DNA from: Owenia fusiformis
Taxonomy: Eukaryota
Direction of reading: 5' to 3'
Assembly (NCBI GenBank): GCA_903813345.2
Contig: CAIIXF020000001.1
Location: 24,304,001-24,368,000 of the forward strand
DNA: 64,000 nt
The notes beneath the pieces were generated by a model. It was not told the origin of the DNA, made no database searches, and was given only the letters and a program-made list of their open reading frames with translations. How positions within the stretch are numbered: position 1 is the stretch's first letter; the number at the start of each line of letters is the position of its first letter. The position numbers and the translations under genes were made by a program. This document shows, in pieces, positions 13,101-24,875 of this stretch.

Positions 13101-14045
13101 TTCTGGGTGGTCTTTTTTGTAAATTTTAGATCTATCGAATTTATTCTTATATCCCGTATAATCTTCTTTCAACGTGTTCATTCCACGAGCTTTACAAAAC
13201 CGATCGGCTTCTTCTATTACATCTTTTCTTGATTTTATTTGGTGTTCTCGTATGAATGTAGCTATTGCTTTTCCGCAGGAATTTAAGAATTGCTCTCTGA
13301 CTATAAGGTCTAAAATATCATCAAATTCTTTATTTACTTCAGCTAGTTCTATCCACCTCATGAAATAATTCTCAATTCTGGACATGTACTCTGTAGGACT
13401 TTCTCCATCTTCTGGACTTGATGAGTAGAATTTCCTTTTGTAGCCATATTCAGTCATTTTGTATTTTTTTAAGAGTCCCAACTTCAGTGCTTCATATGAA
13501 TTGCATTCTGTATCTGGCAGTCGAGTGTATACTTCTAGGGCTTTACCTTTCAGGAGTGCGCTTAAATACATTGCATAGTTTTCTTGTCTCCATCTTTGGG
13601 TAGAGGCATATCGTTCAAATCGCAGTAGATATGAGTCTATGTTATCTGTTTTTTCATCGAAGAAAGGCAGTTTAGGAATTTTTGGTGTATGACCTTGGAA
13701 AGGTTCTTGTTGATCGGTATTTTCAGCTGTTCTGCCTTCTTCTGCATTGTCATGCTTTATCTGTTCCAGATTAATCCGTAACTGCAATTCTCTTTGTCTT
13801 TGTTCGCCTATTAACTGCAATTCTCTTTGCCTTTGTTCACCTATTTCCATGGTCTTTATGTGTTCTCTTTCGCTCATTCTCTCTTTCCTGTCTTGTTCTT
13901 TGCTGAGTCTTTCTAATTCTTTAAATACAAATTTTTCTAGTTTTTCTTCGGTATATCCGAGGTCCTTTCCTATTTGTAGACATTTTTCCATATCAGATTT
14001 TTCTACTGATTCGCGATCTTGAGAAATAATTCCTTTGTCTGCCAT
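10197..14045 (-). CDS. Gypsy gag-pol polyprotein part 1: capsid, CCHC knuckle, protease, integrase, N-terminal RT
   Basis: 1282-aa ORF with CYLCFKEGHIARDC, LRDTGC protease, H..GGH..CQSCDIC, VDLVGP / DQGSQF / NGLVERFN integrase, LDFCKGYWQI, MPFGL and FIDD. It ends at a premature TAA. Confidence 0.92.
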   Translation of the reverse strand: MADKGIISQDRESVEKSDMEKCLQIGKDLGYTEEKLEKFVFKELERLSKEQDRKERMSEREHIKTMEIGEQRQRELQLIGEQRQRELQLRINLEQIKHDNAEEGRTAENTDQQEPFQGHTPKIPKLPFFDEKTDNIDSYLLRFERYASTQRWRQENYAMYLSALLKGKALEVYTRLPDTECNSYEALKLGLLKKYKMTEYGYKRKFYSSSPEDGESPTEYMSRIENYFMRWIELAEVNKEFDDILDLIVREQFLNSCGKAIATFIREHQIKSRKDVIEEADRFCKARGMNTLKEDYTGYKNKFDRSKIYKKDHPEDKNDSKDDKNDIEGTTKRTEISSRTCYLCFKEGHIARDCPKSIANKRIVKLAALLAESDTDSNEDLNTSDEDLFTASCQILKENHECEIQPGNSLTLSCGCNIEVVGSSCNCDNKTENLSKLPIEIGFLGDKRVQVLRDTGCSGVVVKSSLVTEKQMTGKQKKYVMIDRTIKSANVAEIYVDTPFFTGRTEAICIDNPICELIIGEIPGATMGNKKSNMIQAQSKKKEISTNVASKKTKIQNNNNPDTNLVKNMASTTVKIPITTAAVETRAQTKREAIPIKKLKVPTCIMSGVDNNEFILEQKNDTSLEKVRQLATKKDVKHTRNQCSYHFEWKNEVLLRYFTNKKDTITQVLVPLKFRKQVMQIGHDSLLGGHLETQKTIDRIVAQFYWPGIHGDVKRYCQSCDICQRTTPKGKVTKVPLQKMPLISTPFHRVCVDLVGPLIPVTNSKNRYILTLVDCATRYPEAAALKFIDTETVAEALVKIFSRVGFPREMLDDQGSQFLSEIMKSVCRLLSIKQIVTTPYHPQTNGLVERFNGTLKTMLKRMCAEKPKDWDRYLEPLLFAYREVPQETTHFSPFELLYGRTVRGPMTIMRELWTKDIPDEEVKTTYQYVVDLRNKLEETCNVAQDIIQNNQDKYKKHFDKKTKPRSLIPGDKVLMLLPTDHNKLLMHWKGPYEVIEKRGINDYLIKKGETTKLYHINMLKKYHERNDQSNIIDPDEGIKSIEPSHMTAVIAIIEEDEEEEFNNDCLIDQCIGKQETVADININEKLDTQQKIQLRNLTNRNAGIFSSEPGCTNLIEHEIEVITNEPTCRKPFPIPYSAKETIEKEIDDMIKYDVIEKANSPYSSPLFLVKKKDGTNRPVIDFRHLNRISVFDAEPMPTAEAIFAKLSKGKIFSKLDFCKGYWQIPVKVEDRDKTAFRTPRGLFRFKRMPFGLKNAGSTYTKMMRILLEGLDHVENFIDDVII

Positions 14046-14208
14046 TTTGTTTTTTGTGTAAAAGGTTTTAGATTTAAAACAAAAACAGTAAGTATATTAC
14101 CCGCAGAGCAAAAGATGTACTAGTGTGATTTTTATGAATGCAAATAAAGGAGATTTTGACCGTAGGTGTATATATGTGGTATATAAATGGTGAATTACAT
14201 TTAGTAAA

Positions 14209-14772
14209 CTAACTCATGCTTTTTAACATGTCTTTTTGACTGATTGATGTTGATAACTTAACTAATTGATAAATATTTACAACAATATCTAAGCGTTCTT
14301 TATGTGGTTTGTATGGACGAGCAGCGTAGTCCCGTACACCTGTGCACTTATTACAGATTGCCGTTCTTAGCTGCCCAACCGGTGTATATGCATCTCTTGA
14401 TCTAGCATATGCTGAAAAACAGTTTGGTTTTGTTTGGCATTAGTTCAGACATTAAGAAAGTGAGATGGAAATCACATTTGTTAAAATAGAGGACTTGAAA
14501 TGTGAGGGCACAATGTTATCAAAGCTTAGCTAAAAGTTTTTAAATTATCAAGGAAATTAACGCTTAAACTCACAGATGATTGTGTTAATGAGGATGGGGT
14601 TTAGGTATTTTTCTGCAGTCTTAGATATAGTTCCATGAAGCAGTTCATCCTTTGTGAATAGTTTGCCCAACAAAACTCTTGCTATTTGTTTTCCACCCAT
14701 TTTAGGTTTGCTGATGGCAGCGACAGTAATTTGGGATACAAACACGCCACTGCCATCAACTAACTCCACCAT
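14209..14772 (-). CDS. BEN-domain protein, two exons (14574-14772, 14209-14411)
   Basis: TTTCAG|MVELVDGSGVFV..RVLLGKLFTKDEL..LNPILINTII T|GTGAGT splices in phase 1 to TTTCAG|CA: SYARSRD..LRTAICNKCTGVR. The residue pattern is typical of BEN domains, and the frame is open to TAG at 14209. Confidence 0.7.
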
Positions 14773-15589
14773 CTGAAATTAGATAAGCCTGATATATTTC
14801 TTACTTTAAAGCAGGTGTGGGTTAAGCCCATATTTTTCTTAAAATCAGGGTTAGAAATAATCTGGGGGAAAATCAGAATTTTCCGCAAAAATTCAATAAA
14901 CCAGGAGTTTTTAACGAAAATCTAATTAAAATCGAAAAATCAGGGTTTTGATGAAAAATCAGAGTAATCACTTGACAGTCCTATGCTATTTTGTGACACA
15001 TTGTTAGAATAGAATATTGTGAAATTGAATGAACAAAGCAAAAATGCATTTTAACAAGTGATCAAAACTGCACAGTACAACAAAAACATATAACAGCTGG
15101 CTCATTGGCTTTGGATGTTTTTGCGATATTTATCACTGTGTGTCTTGTTCTGCTTTTCTTGTCGATATCCATATCAGATACAGGTTTTCCAAATCTAGTG
15201 TTAGAATCGGAGGAATATTCAGGCTCTGATATGTCGGATGTTTCGCCACTGTACCGTAAATCAAATGTGCCAATTTCACTACTATTTATTTCATATTTAT
15301 TTACTCCTCCTATAAGTCAAGGTATCCATCCTTTCGTATTCCATGCTTCTCGAATGTTCAACTAACTGTACTGAACATAGTGTTGACACCGCGTACATAC
15401 ATGCAATACATACAAATCCAATACTAATCACCATTGCCCATTCAAATGATCACGGGTCAGTGCACTCACTACGTTTACTATAGTTCATTGAAAATTGGCT
15501 ATTACTAGAGCAGTAGGTTACTTGTTATTTTCAAAGAATCAACTCTCACTCATGCTTTCTCTATAACTTAATTCTGCATGATTACTAAC

Positions 15590-15809
15590 CAGTCACTGCA
15601 ATCTGAGCCTGGATGCCCTGCAGCTCAACTTTGAACTCTGTATTTTCTTTCCTCAATGTCTCATTTATTGCAGAGAGCCGTCTGATCTCTGACTCTGCCT
15701 GAGGATGGCCCCCATCCGCTACCTCAAGCTCCTGAAGGTCTGATTTCCTCGCCTCCTTTTCCTCCCTCAGCTGCTCCTCAAGATTTTTATGAACTTTTCT
15801 AAGCAGTGC
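15590..15809 (-). pseudogene. Coiled-coil exon, probably an upstream exon of the BEN gene, with a frameshift
   Basis: AG/GT-bounded. ALLRKVHKNLEEQLREEKEARKSDLQELE shifts frame to QAESEIRRLSAINETLRKENTEFKVELQGIQAQI. Confidence 0.5.
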
Positions 15810-16529
15810 CTGTAAAGTAATATACAGGCATTATTATTTATTTTTTTTACTGGAAGGGATTGAATATAAGTTTTATTCCAAGGACAGTATGGGCCTTACG
15901 GCACTCAGAAAACATCATATTTCCAAATTAATAAAAGATACAAATATATCGAAAAATGTCGAGCACAGATTCTTTGCCCATAAATAATTCCATATTAATT
16001 GAAAAGAAATGTGTTAAGTCACGGTCATTTAAACATTTAAGCAGCCATTTTAGCAGTTAAGACTTGAGATCAATAATTTCAGAAATTAATTGAAAGAGGA
16101 AGTGTTAATCTGGGACACAATTTTTTCATTAGTTTTGAATTTGGCCTTTTGTCTGTTTGATCTGCAACAACTAAGTATCATGATTATGTGCTCAGTAAAA
16201 ATGCGTCAAAAATTTCATGCAATCATTTTCCAAAAAAACAAAAAACATGAACATTTCTTAAAAATCTACCTACATGTTTTTCATCATTAATTGCATTTGC
16301 TCTGCCGTAAGAAGTGATAAGAATTTTAGACCCCAAAATATCTTCTGGAGTTGATATTTTCATGAATTTCATTGACTTTAAACATGGCCATAAAAATTAC
16401 AATTCTGAACTGTTATGTGTTTTTTTCCTTTGAAATATCAGTAAAATAACATGGTCTTTTACTGGACTTGTGACATGTACATGTGACTTGTGAACATGTG
16501 ACTTTGAAGAACTATTCTAAAATAAACAA

Positions 16530-16763
16530 GCTAACAAACTCATATCATAGGTGAAGCCATCTGTCTGAAACAGTTTCGACATCTTGGTAAACATGTGCAT
16601 AATATCATGTAGAGCAGCAGCGATACCAAGGAACCAGATGCTACGCACACGGTTGAGATGACACCTGCCTTCTGCATCATTCTCAGCCATCTCTTCAAGC
16701 GTGGTACACAGTGGCTTCCAGTCATTCATGAAAGCATCAACTGCCTGATGAACACTCAACCAT
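16530..16763 (-). pseudogene. hAT (ZNF862-like) transposase exon
   Basis: TTTTGCAG|(R)WLSVHQAVDAF..W..L..TL...LHDIM..FTKMSKLFQ contains the hAT RW motif region. No neighbouring exons were found. Confidence 0.65.
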
Positions 16764-16934
16764 CTGCAAAAATAGTTCAGTAATGCAGCAAATTATTTGA
16801 AAAGTCATTATTGTCAATTGGAGTCTTTTAAATAATCTGTATGGTTGTTGTACACTGTGCTACTGCATAATGTCACATGTGAAAGCTACAAAACGAATGA
16901 ACGGTATCATGGTATTCTTATCATTTTTAAATAT

Positions 16935-17330
16935 GCTTGTCAACTGCAGGAACAAATTTCCATAGAACAGTTCTGATTTCATTGATGTCATTTGTCTAGT
17001 TTAGGAGATATTGCCTACTTTAGTGCTGTCCTTTTTTCCGGTCACACTGTAACTTAGGGCAAAGAGTATGCTAGTATTTGAAACGGGCGGAGACAAAACT
17101 TGCCTCTGAATACCTTAATGTAACTGATTGACAGGATCTTTGTATGTGTGTATGACTGACCATTAATTGTTTTGCATGCTTATTTGTTCTACCTGAGTAG
17201 TTTTGTTCAAATGTAACCTGTGTTACGGATTTTGGGACATACATCTTGATTATTCAAACCTTGTAATTCTTTCTACCTGCTCACCACTAGGTGGTTCCAA
17301 CACATTTGTATTTGATAGTTTTGCAGATGC
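16935..17330 (+). repeat. Segment duplicated at ~21421-21750
   Basis: TGCTTGTCAACTGCAGGAACAAATTTCC...CCAACACATTTGTATTTGAT occurs at both loci. Confidence 0.85.
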
Positions 17331-18667
17331 ATTTCCCACAATTTCTGTATTATCCAGGTTGATTGAGCCGAGGGCTTCAATGGAGACAACCCAGAAGACC
17401 ACTTCTTGTACCTGAAAATTGAGAGGGTGTCACACCCTGTTCCACGCCTTCTGAAATATCTTTTTCAGCCATTTATTGACACTATTTTATACTGATATGC
17501 GACAAACGCAATAATGACCTATTATATGATTAATAATAGACACATAACCTGCGGAAACTAGTATTATTATGCAACATACTCTGACTGGACTACCCCATTT
17601 TTAGTCAAAATACAAAATATCATTATTAAGTATTTAATTTTTAGAAATTAATTATGCTTATTGACAATGACTAATATTGTTGCACAGTCTACAAGGGATT
17701 GACTACCCTAGTTTTAGTCGACATTAAACACCCTCTGAATAATTGTTAACACATCAATGATACAAAAGATAGCATAATGGCTCGATTGTTACATGGTAGT
17801 AGCGCCTCAAAAGTGATTTTGAAGTGAAATTAATTTTCTGAGATGTCAATAAGTGTAAAATTTAGAACAAATGACAAAGAGAAAGCATTCCCCCAACAGT
17901 TATGTTTATTCACAATGAAAGATTGACATTTTCCTTATCCATATTTCATTGCATGACCACTATTCTAGAACATAGTCAGCCTTATCCATACTAGGTCTTA
18001 CACTAAAAAATACAAATCACATTCATTTCGTATTGGTTGCTCAAGTGATTTAGTCACTTATGAGCCAAGGATTTTATACATTTCTCCGCTATGTGTGATT
18101 CTCTCTTTAAACATAAATGATTAATCAAGTGTTTTAGATATTCAAAGGATAAACAAAGCAGTCATTGTAAAATAAAATGCAAACATTATCTAAATTATCC
18201 TTCACAACTTGGGGAGAATCATTATTGGAGGTTGAGTATCATCCAGAATAATTAAGGCATCTCCCTTCTCTTCAACTCCAGGCATGTCTGTGACAATGTC
18301 ACCTAAAAAGGGGGTACCTGTAAATTATTTGTTTTATTTTATAACATATGCTTTATGGGGACTCCTCCGAACCTAGAAATTACATTTCAATAAATTTCAA
18401 AAAAGAGATAAAAGATGATTACAACCTCATTTTAGATGTTAGTTTCCTTATACTTTACAATATATCAGAACTGGTTTTTATGTTTCAAATATTGCAACTG
18501 CAAATTGGCAAATAACTTAAATTAAGTGGGCATATATTTTCTGTTTGCTTACAAATACCTGTTTGTGCTGCATGTTCAACTGATGTTACTGTTTTTGTCA
18601 AATTATAACTCATTTCACAAAATCGACTGGAGCTGTTTTGGTTTTGAGGTTGGCAGGTCTTTTTTAC

Positions 18668-18868
18668 CTTTCTCTGAGATTTCGCCAGCATCACTGTCAA
18701 CATCACTGTCTTTTAAAAACAGTTGGCAATTGATTGTGTACATACTATACATTCTTTTTCTGGTCTAACACAACATATACCATCCTCTGAAGTCTGGACC
18801 CTTAGGCTGTGTTTTATGTGGGCAGTCAATTTTCTTGTATCCTGTTTGCCAGAATATAAGAAACACAT
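18668..18868 (-). pseudogene. Degenerate YR His/Tyr exon (copy 1)
   Basis: TTTCAG|MCFLYSGKQDTRKLTAHIKHSLRVQ...EK G|GT, homologous to the MKHS exons. A decayed acidic exon (DIVTDMPGVEEKGDALIILDD) follows at about 18230-18305. Confidence 0.6.
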
Positions 18869-18999
18869 CTGAAATAACCGAAAGTTCTACTTTTTATTAG
18901 ACAAAAGTGTGGAAATAACATACATCATTCAACTTGATACAGTATAAGTTAATAGCCAAATGTTTTCTAATTAGATTGTAGACCACAAACTATTTTTTC

Positions 19000-21400
19000 T
19001 TTTCACAACCTTTATTTTACTCAACAGGACGTTTCGGATACTAACTGGATCCTTTTTAAACTGTTATAAAAAACTGAACTGAAGCGCTACAAAACAAGTT
19101 AAATAAAAACAATACGTCATATTAATTCACCAAAAATCTATTTCGAATTTCCGCCAATTTATAGTTCCCTTGATCCATGTTCATATTAGTCTTCACTGTC
19201 ATCAGTATAAACTGCCACAGTGGCTCCAGGATTAACTTGGTCTAATATGCACTATTAGACCACATTTCACCAATTTTGGTTTCAATTGTTTCTCCTGTGT
19301 ATTGAAGTGCCTTGCTATATTGCATACAAACATTGATAACAATGTTGGCCTCATGTAAGGCAATCTTTTGTCCTGGCTAAATCAAGAAATCGGGGTTGGT
19401 TTGGATCCATTTGAACATTAGGATATTCTTTATGAAAGCTATTTACACTTCTGTTTAAATCCTCTCAAGAATGTGTCACATTTCCTTAGAGTATTCTTTT
19501 GTAAAAATATTGCAATATTCATCATCTGTTTTATTTTCCTGTTGGGCTTTGCCAAAATTCATATACTTTTTGTTTGTCTGTATTTGACATCAATCTCCTT
19601 GTTCTCTTCCTAGTGCACACTAAGGCAGATTCAGGATGGTTCTGGTATGACTTGTCAGTTTTAAAGTCCTATACTGAAGGTTCAGGTCATTAAGCTAGAT
19701 AATGGTGACCACTGAGACTTTCAGTTACCTGCTTGCCAAATTGTCACAAGAAGGTGTAATGTGCTAGCTAAATGGCTAGCTCAAGTGTCATAAGACAATG
19801 TGCCATGCTTAGGAGTATTCACTCATACTTTTTTTCTTAATTTAGATTACATTTATTAAGAGAGCTTATTCCTCAAAGGTGCATCTATGCTTGTCCAGCC
19901 ATTGGATATTTTATTTAGCATATTTTGCATGGTTTGTAATGATATTTTTCTAGTTTTATGGTCAACTTCCTGCTATATTCATGTCTAAATTCATCCATAT
20001 AATTCCCAGGTATTTTGTAGCTCCTATCTTTCATGTAAACCTGTTAAATATGTTTTGGTAGGTCTGTGTACTTGCTTAAACACATTGAACAAATGTGTTT
20101 CCTTCTCACCATTTTATTTTCAAAGTTGGTTCATGGGATCCGGAAGTACAAAATTAACCTCAAGTGAACTACTGATACTACAACCATTAAAATCTCACTT
20201 AAGGTATAAATAACCTTTTACTTAGATACAATTGAGGATATTTATATATTTTTTTGCCCAAGAGTAAATTTTGTTTTGTTTGTAGTATTAAAATGTTCCT
20301 TCACAAAGGTAATGTTCTTTTCCAATTTCATTATGATATGAAATCTTAGTTGATTTGTTATAGAATTTTCAATCAGCATAGTTACTGTGGATTGCAGAGT
20401 GACATAGCTTGATCGTCCGGAACTTCTTTTTACCAGGGCGCCATTTCTAATGCCTTTTCGTCCTGCAATCAGGAGATTTTATCTGGTATAACATTGTTGA
20501 ACCATCTGGAGCCCAGGGAGTTCTTAAATCTATGTGTACCTGGAATTTCTACATCACATTTTTCACTACATTCCTTATTCATTTTAATTTCTTAACTATT
20601 CTTGTCATTTCTACCATTCTACTATTTTGGCTTTCTTTGCCCTAAAACTCTGATTGGCAATCAACACAATTTTGATCACCCTCTTGATCTCAAGGATTTC
20701 GTTTTGTTGATCATCTTTTCATGTAAAGCACAACCTGTTATTTTTGCACTCTGAAAACTTGCCATGATTTTGATAAGCCATATCGTGCTTACCAACCCTG
20801 TATCTCCTGGGATCCCAAATTTGTGAGTTATTGTGAGCTTGGCTAGGGAAACATGGAACTGTCTGATACTGCTGAAAGTTTTGGAGTTATTTGCGCCATG
20901 ATTATTTCTGGGGTTGTAATACACTGTTCTGGGAATGTACATATTAGGTTGCATTATCTGCCCACATGGTGGCATCATTTGATTTACCAATCCCAAACCT
21001 TAAATCACCTCATTTTGACCTATTTGTTGTAATTTTTGCTAAATTCTGCTAAATTCTGCATAACCTGTTATCTGTATTTTGGTCAAGTGGGGCCTGATTT
21101 ACCACACTCAAATTAGCCACGTTTTTCCACCCTTTATGGAAAATTTCATATTTGACTCATTTGCATAGTCTCATTTAAACTTCCCGGGTCTTCCGAAGAT
21201 TATATGGTCATTGAGTACATCATTAAAGCATTCTGATGCCTCCCTTTCTTTTTCTTCAAAGATGCACCAGTCATTCTATATTATAGGCAAGAACCATCAC
21301 ATCTTCGTTATGCTGGCACTTTCAAGTTTTAAACTGAATTCTGAACTTTTCATGTTTGTGTAATAGATCATTCAGTGCGCTTAGTAGTTCATCATAAACA
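19000..21400 (-). mobile_element. Highly degenerate Penelope-like element remnant
   Basis: The 3' end NMDQGNYKLAEI resembles Penelope GIY-YIG C-termini and is followed by a GGATCC..GAAACGTC hammerhead-like end. The internal part is poorly resolved. Confidence 0.4.
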
Positions 21401-21741
21401 GGAATTCTGAACCAGTTGACTGCTTGTCAACTGCAGGAACAAATTTCCATAGAACAGTTCTGATTTCATTGATGTCATTTGTCTAGTTTAGGAGATATTG
21501 GCTACTTCAGTGGTTACCCTTTTTCCGGTCACCCTGTAACTTAGGTCAGAGAGTATGCTAGTATTTGAAACGGGAGGCAAAACTTGCCTTTGAATACCTT
21601 TATTTAACTGATTGATCTACCTGTGTAGTTTTGTTAAAACGTAACCTGTGTTTCTGGTTTTGGGACGTTTATTTTGATTATTCAAACCTTGTAATTCACC
21701 ACTTTCTACCTGCTCACCACTAGGTGGTTCCAACACATTTG

Positions 21742-21871
21742 TATTTGATTGTGCACATACGATGCATTCTTTTTCTGGTCATATACCATCCCCTGAAGGA
21801 CCCTTGGGCTGTGTTTTATGTGGTCAGTCAATTATCTTTTATCCTGTTTGCCAGGATACGAAGTAACACAT
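21742..21871 (-). pseudogene. Degenerate, truncated YR His/Tyr exon (copy 2), part of a duplication of ~18790-19230 at ~21790-22230
   Basis: YPGKQDKR*LTDHIKHSPRVLQGMVYDQKKNASYVHNQ after TTTCAG. Flanks match 18.8-19.2 kb. Confidence 0.6.
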
Positions 21872-23799
21872 CTGAAATAACAGAAAGTTCTACTTTTTAT
21901 TAGACAAAAGTGTGGATATAACATCCATCATCCAACTTGATACAGTATAAGTGAATGGCCAAATGTTTTCTAATTGGATTGTAGACCACAAAACTATTTT
22001 TCTTTTCACAACGTTTATTTTTCTAAACAGGACCTTTCGGATCCTGTCTGAATCCTTTTTCAACTGTTATAAAAACTGAACTGAAGCGCTTAAAACAATT
22101 AAATAAAAACAATATTACCTCATATTAATTCAGCAATAATTCATTTCAAATCCCCGCCAATTTATAGTTCCCTTGATCCCTGTTCATATTATTAGTCTTC
22201 ACTGTCAACAGTTTAAACTGCCTCAGTGGTTTAACTGTGGTTATCTATCTGCTGACATTTAACCATGTGTGGTTTATTGCCGCCTAGATAGGCAAATGCC
22301 TCTTGAGTGCCCAATGTGGTTGCCTGCCGCTTGGGGTAGTCTCCAATCATGATATATGGCAAAATGGTCCCTGATGTAGATAATTTGTCTGTACGCACTG
22401 TTACTGTGTGATATTATGTAAAATTATATATATATATATATTCCCAGATACCTGGTTATATAGTCTAAAGCACAATATTTGATCACAAATTGCCATTAGT
22501 TATCATTGAGTGGTAATGTTCATTCTTCTGACATTTTAAACATTTTCTTCCAGGGTGAATTTACATTACAGCAATGTTTTTGTATATGTTTTTTCTGAAG
22601 AATTGCTCGTGTGACTTAAATGGACATTTAAATACAATTAATCGATGAAGCTTTTTAGTTTATTGGAGCACACTGAATTCATGTTTATTATGACATATTT
22701 TACCCCAATATTTTTTTTATATAATTGCATTATATCATTGTTGTTATATTTCCAGGTGAATGGTATAGTACAATGTATACGTATTGCATGTGGTGTTGGT
22801 CTTAACCTGTTGCTTGACTCTCAGTCAATGTGTCTTACTGCTGGTGCCCTATACATATAGTAGACACTATTGTACCACCTTTCTAGACTTAAATGTTAAC
22901 TTGCAAAGTACAAAACAAAGATATTTTTGTCATGTTTGAATAGATAGCGATTAATTGTCAATGGATGATAGGTCAGTTTCAGAAAATTGTGAGTTAGGCT
23001 GTTAGGACAGACATTATTATTCTTATATGGTGATATCTTATCCCCTACTCTTAGAATAAAACAATTTCTAGTATTAGTGTACTTACACTTTATATTTATT
23101 TCATTTTTTCAATTAAGCACGATAAACTCATTTCACTAAAATGTTACAATGTTGTAATGGGTGAATTATAGATGTATCCAAATGCTGACGTCACAAATCC
23201 AATATACTACAGGTATAAAAATATAAAGTGTTTTTTTTTTGTTTTCATTCAAATGTTAATTCATGTTAGAATATTGTGCAGAACAAATTAACAAAGCATA
23301 AGTATACTTATCTGACAAAGTCCGGCAAACACTTAAAAGTAACAACACTCATAAATAAAACAAATTAAAAATTAACAAGAGTGTTTGCAGTTTTCTCATA
23401 AATAATAAATAATCTCATTATTTATGAAAAAACACTACACTTAGTATTGTACAGTTAAGCTTGTGCAATCTCAATTTCTTGGGTTGGTAGGAATATGAAA
23501 TGATTTCTGGCTTTTTTCTTCAATAATTTTCATGATTGGAATTTATCAGCAATTTCCAGTGAATGGTATTCATAAAGACAGAGTTAACTGTAATCCAAGC
23601 AGTTGTTAAAACAGTCAGCATACTGTAATTGCTAAAATAGAGAAAAAATAACACAATAATACAACATTCACACATACTGTAGTTAGGTCGTCTTCCTCAT
23701 CTGCCTCATCCCCAACAACAAGAGCAGCATCCACTAAACTGGATTCATTAACTGTTCCTGAAGAACAGTGTTTTGTAACAATATTATTTTTCAACGCCT

Positions 23800-24875
23800 A
23801 ATCAAATTAAGTTTCATGTCATATTTTTGGATATCTTAAATCTTGTTTATACATTATACAAGTAAGTAATCCCTTAGGTTGTCTAACCTTCTTTTACTAT
23901 GTCCTCATCCTGGTCCATCAGCACATTACTGATGAGGCTGTGGACAGTAGTGGAATTATGAGACTGATCATGCAGATCATAAACCTCCCTCTGCATTGTC
24001 ATACTGTGCTTCATATAACTGGCAAGCCTTTGGCGATCCTCTTGCCCAGGGTAAAGATGGCACATCTAAAATTATCCTCACTTTACATAATATACAGAAA
24101 TGACAAAAATATTCAATTTTGCTAACCCTAGTTACCATGGTTAGGCATACCTAAAATTAAGTTTTATGTTATATTTTTGGATATTTTAAATCTTGTTTAT
24201 ACATAAAATTTGTAAGCAATTCCTTAGTTGTCTAACCTTCTTATACTATGTCCTCATCCTGGTCCATCAGCACATTACTGATGGTGCTGTGGACAGTAGT
24301 GGCGTTATGAGATTGATCATGCAGATCATAAACCCCCCGCTGCATTGTCATACTGTGCTTCATATGACTGGCAAGCCTTTGGCGGTCCTCTTGCCCAGGG
24401 TAAAGATGGCATCTAGAATTATCCTCACTTTACATAATAAACAGAAATGACAAAAATATTCAATTTTGCTAACCCTAGTTACCATGGTAAGGCATACCTA
24501 AAATTAAGTTTTATGTTATATTTTTGGATATCCTAAATCTTGTTTATACATAAAATTTGTAAGCAATTCCTTAGTTGTCTAACCTTCTTATACTATGTCC
24601 TCATCCTGGTCCATCAGCACATTACTGATGGTGCTGTGGACAGTTGTTGCATTATGGGACTGATCATGTAGATCATACACCTCTCTCTGTAAAGTCATAC
24701 TATGTTTCATGTGACTTGCAAGCCTTTGGCGGTCCTCTTGCCCAGGGTAAAGATGGCACATCTAAAATTATCCTCACTTAACATAATCAACAGAAATGAC
24801 AAAAATATTCAATTATCATTCAAAAGTGGATTCCCCCTATGCTTACCCTAGTTACCATGGTTATGCATACCTAAT
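23800..24875 (-). repeat. Three tandem ~350-bp units, each carrying a YR His/Tyr exon (23888-24065, 24237-24412, 24584-24761)
   Basis: MCHLYPGQEDRQRLASYMKHSMTMQREVYDL, AG/GT-bounded. One copy is open, one has a 2-nt deletion, and two have a late TAA. Confidence 0.9.
23888..24065 (-). CDS. Tyrosine recombinase C-terminal catalytic exon (H/Y motif)
   Basis: 178-bp exon; LASYMKHS..Q..VY matches YR box II (LGH...Y nucleophile). An acidic exon follows at about 23682-23757. Confidence 0.65.

Larger units (their letters stand above)
8229..14045 (-). mobile_element. Ty3/Gypsy LTR retrotransposon, Gmr1-like clade, 5' LTR absent
   Basis: gag-pol with domain order Gag-PR-IN-RT-RNaseH, plus PPT and 3' LTR. 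Confidence 0.9.

Noticed and set aside
9564-14022. Plus-strand ORFs overlapping gag-pol
   Set aside because: They are antisense shadows of the long retrotransposon ORF.
14992-14998. TGTGACA as the start of the Gypsy 5' LTR
   Set aside because: The adjacent sequence does not match the 8229-9325 LTR.
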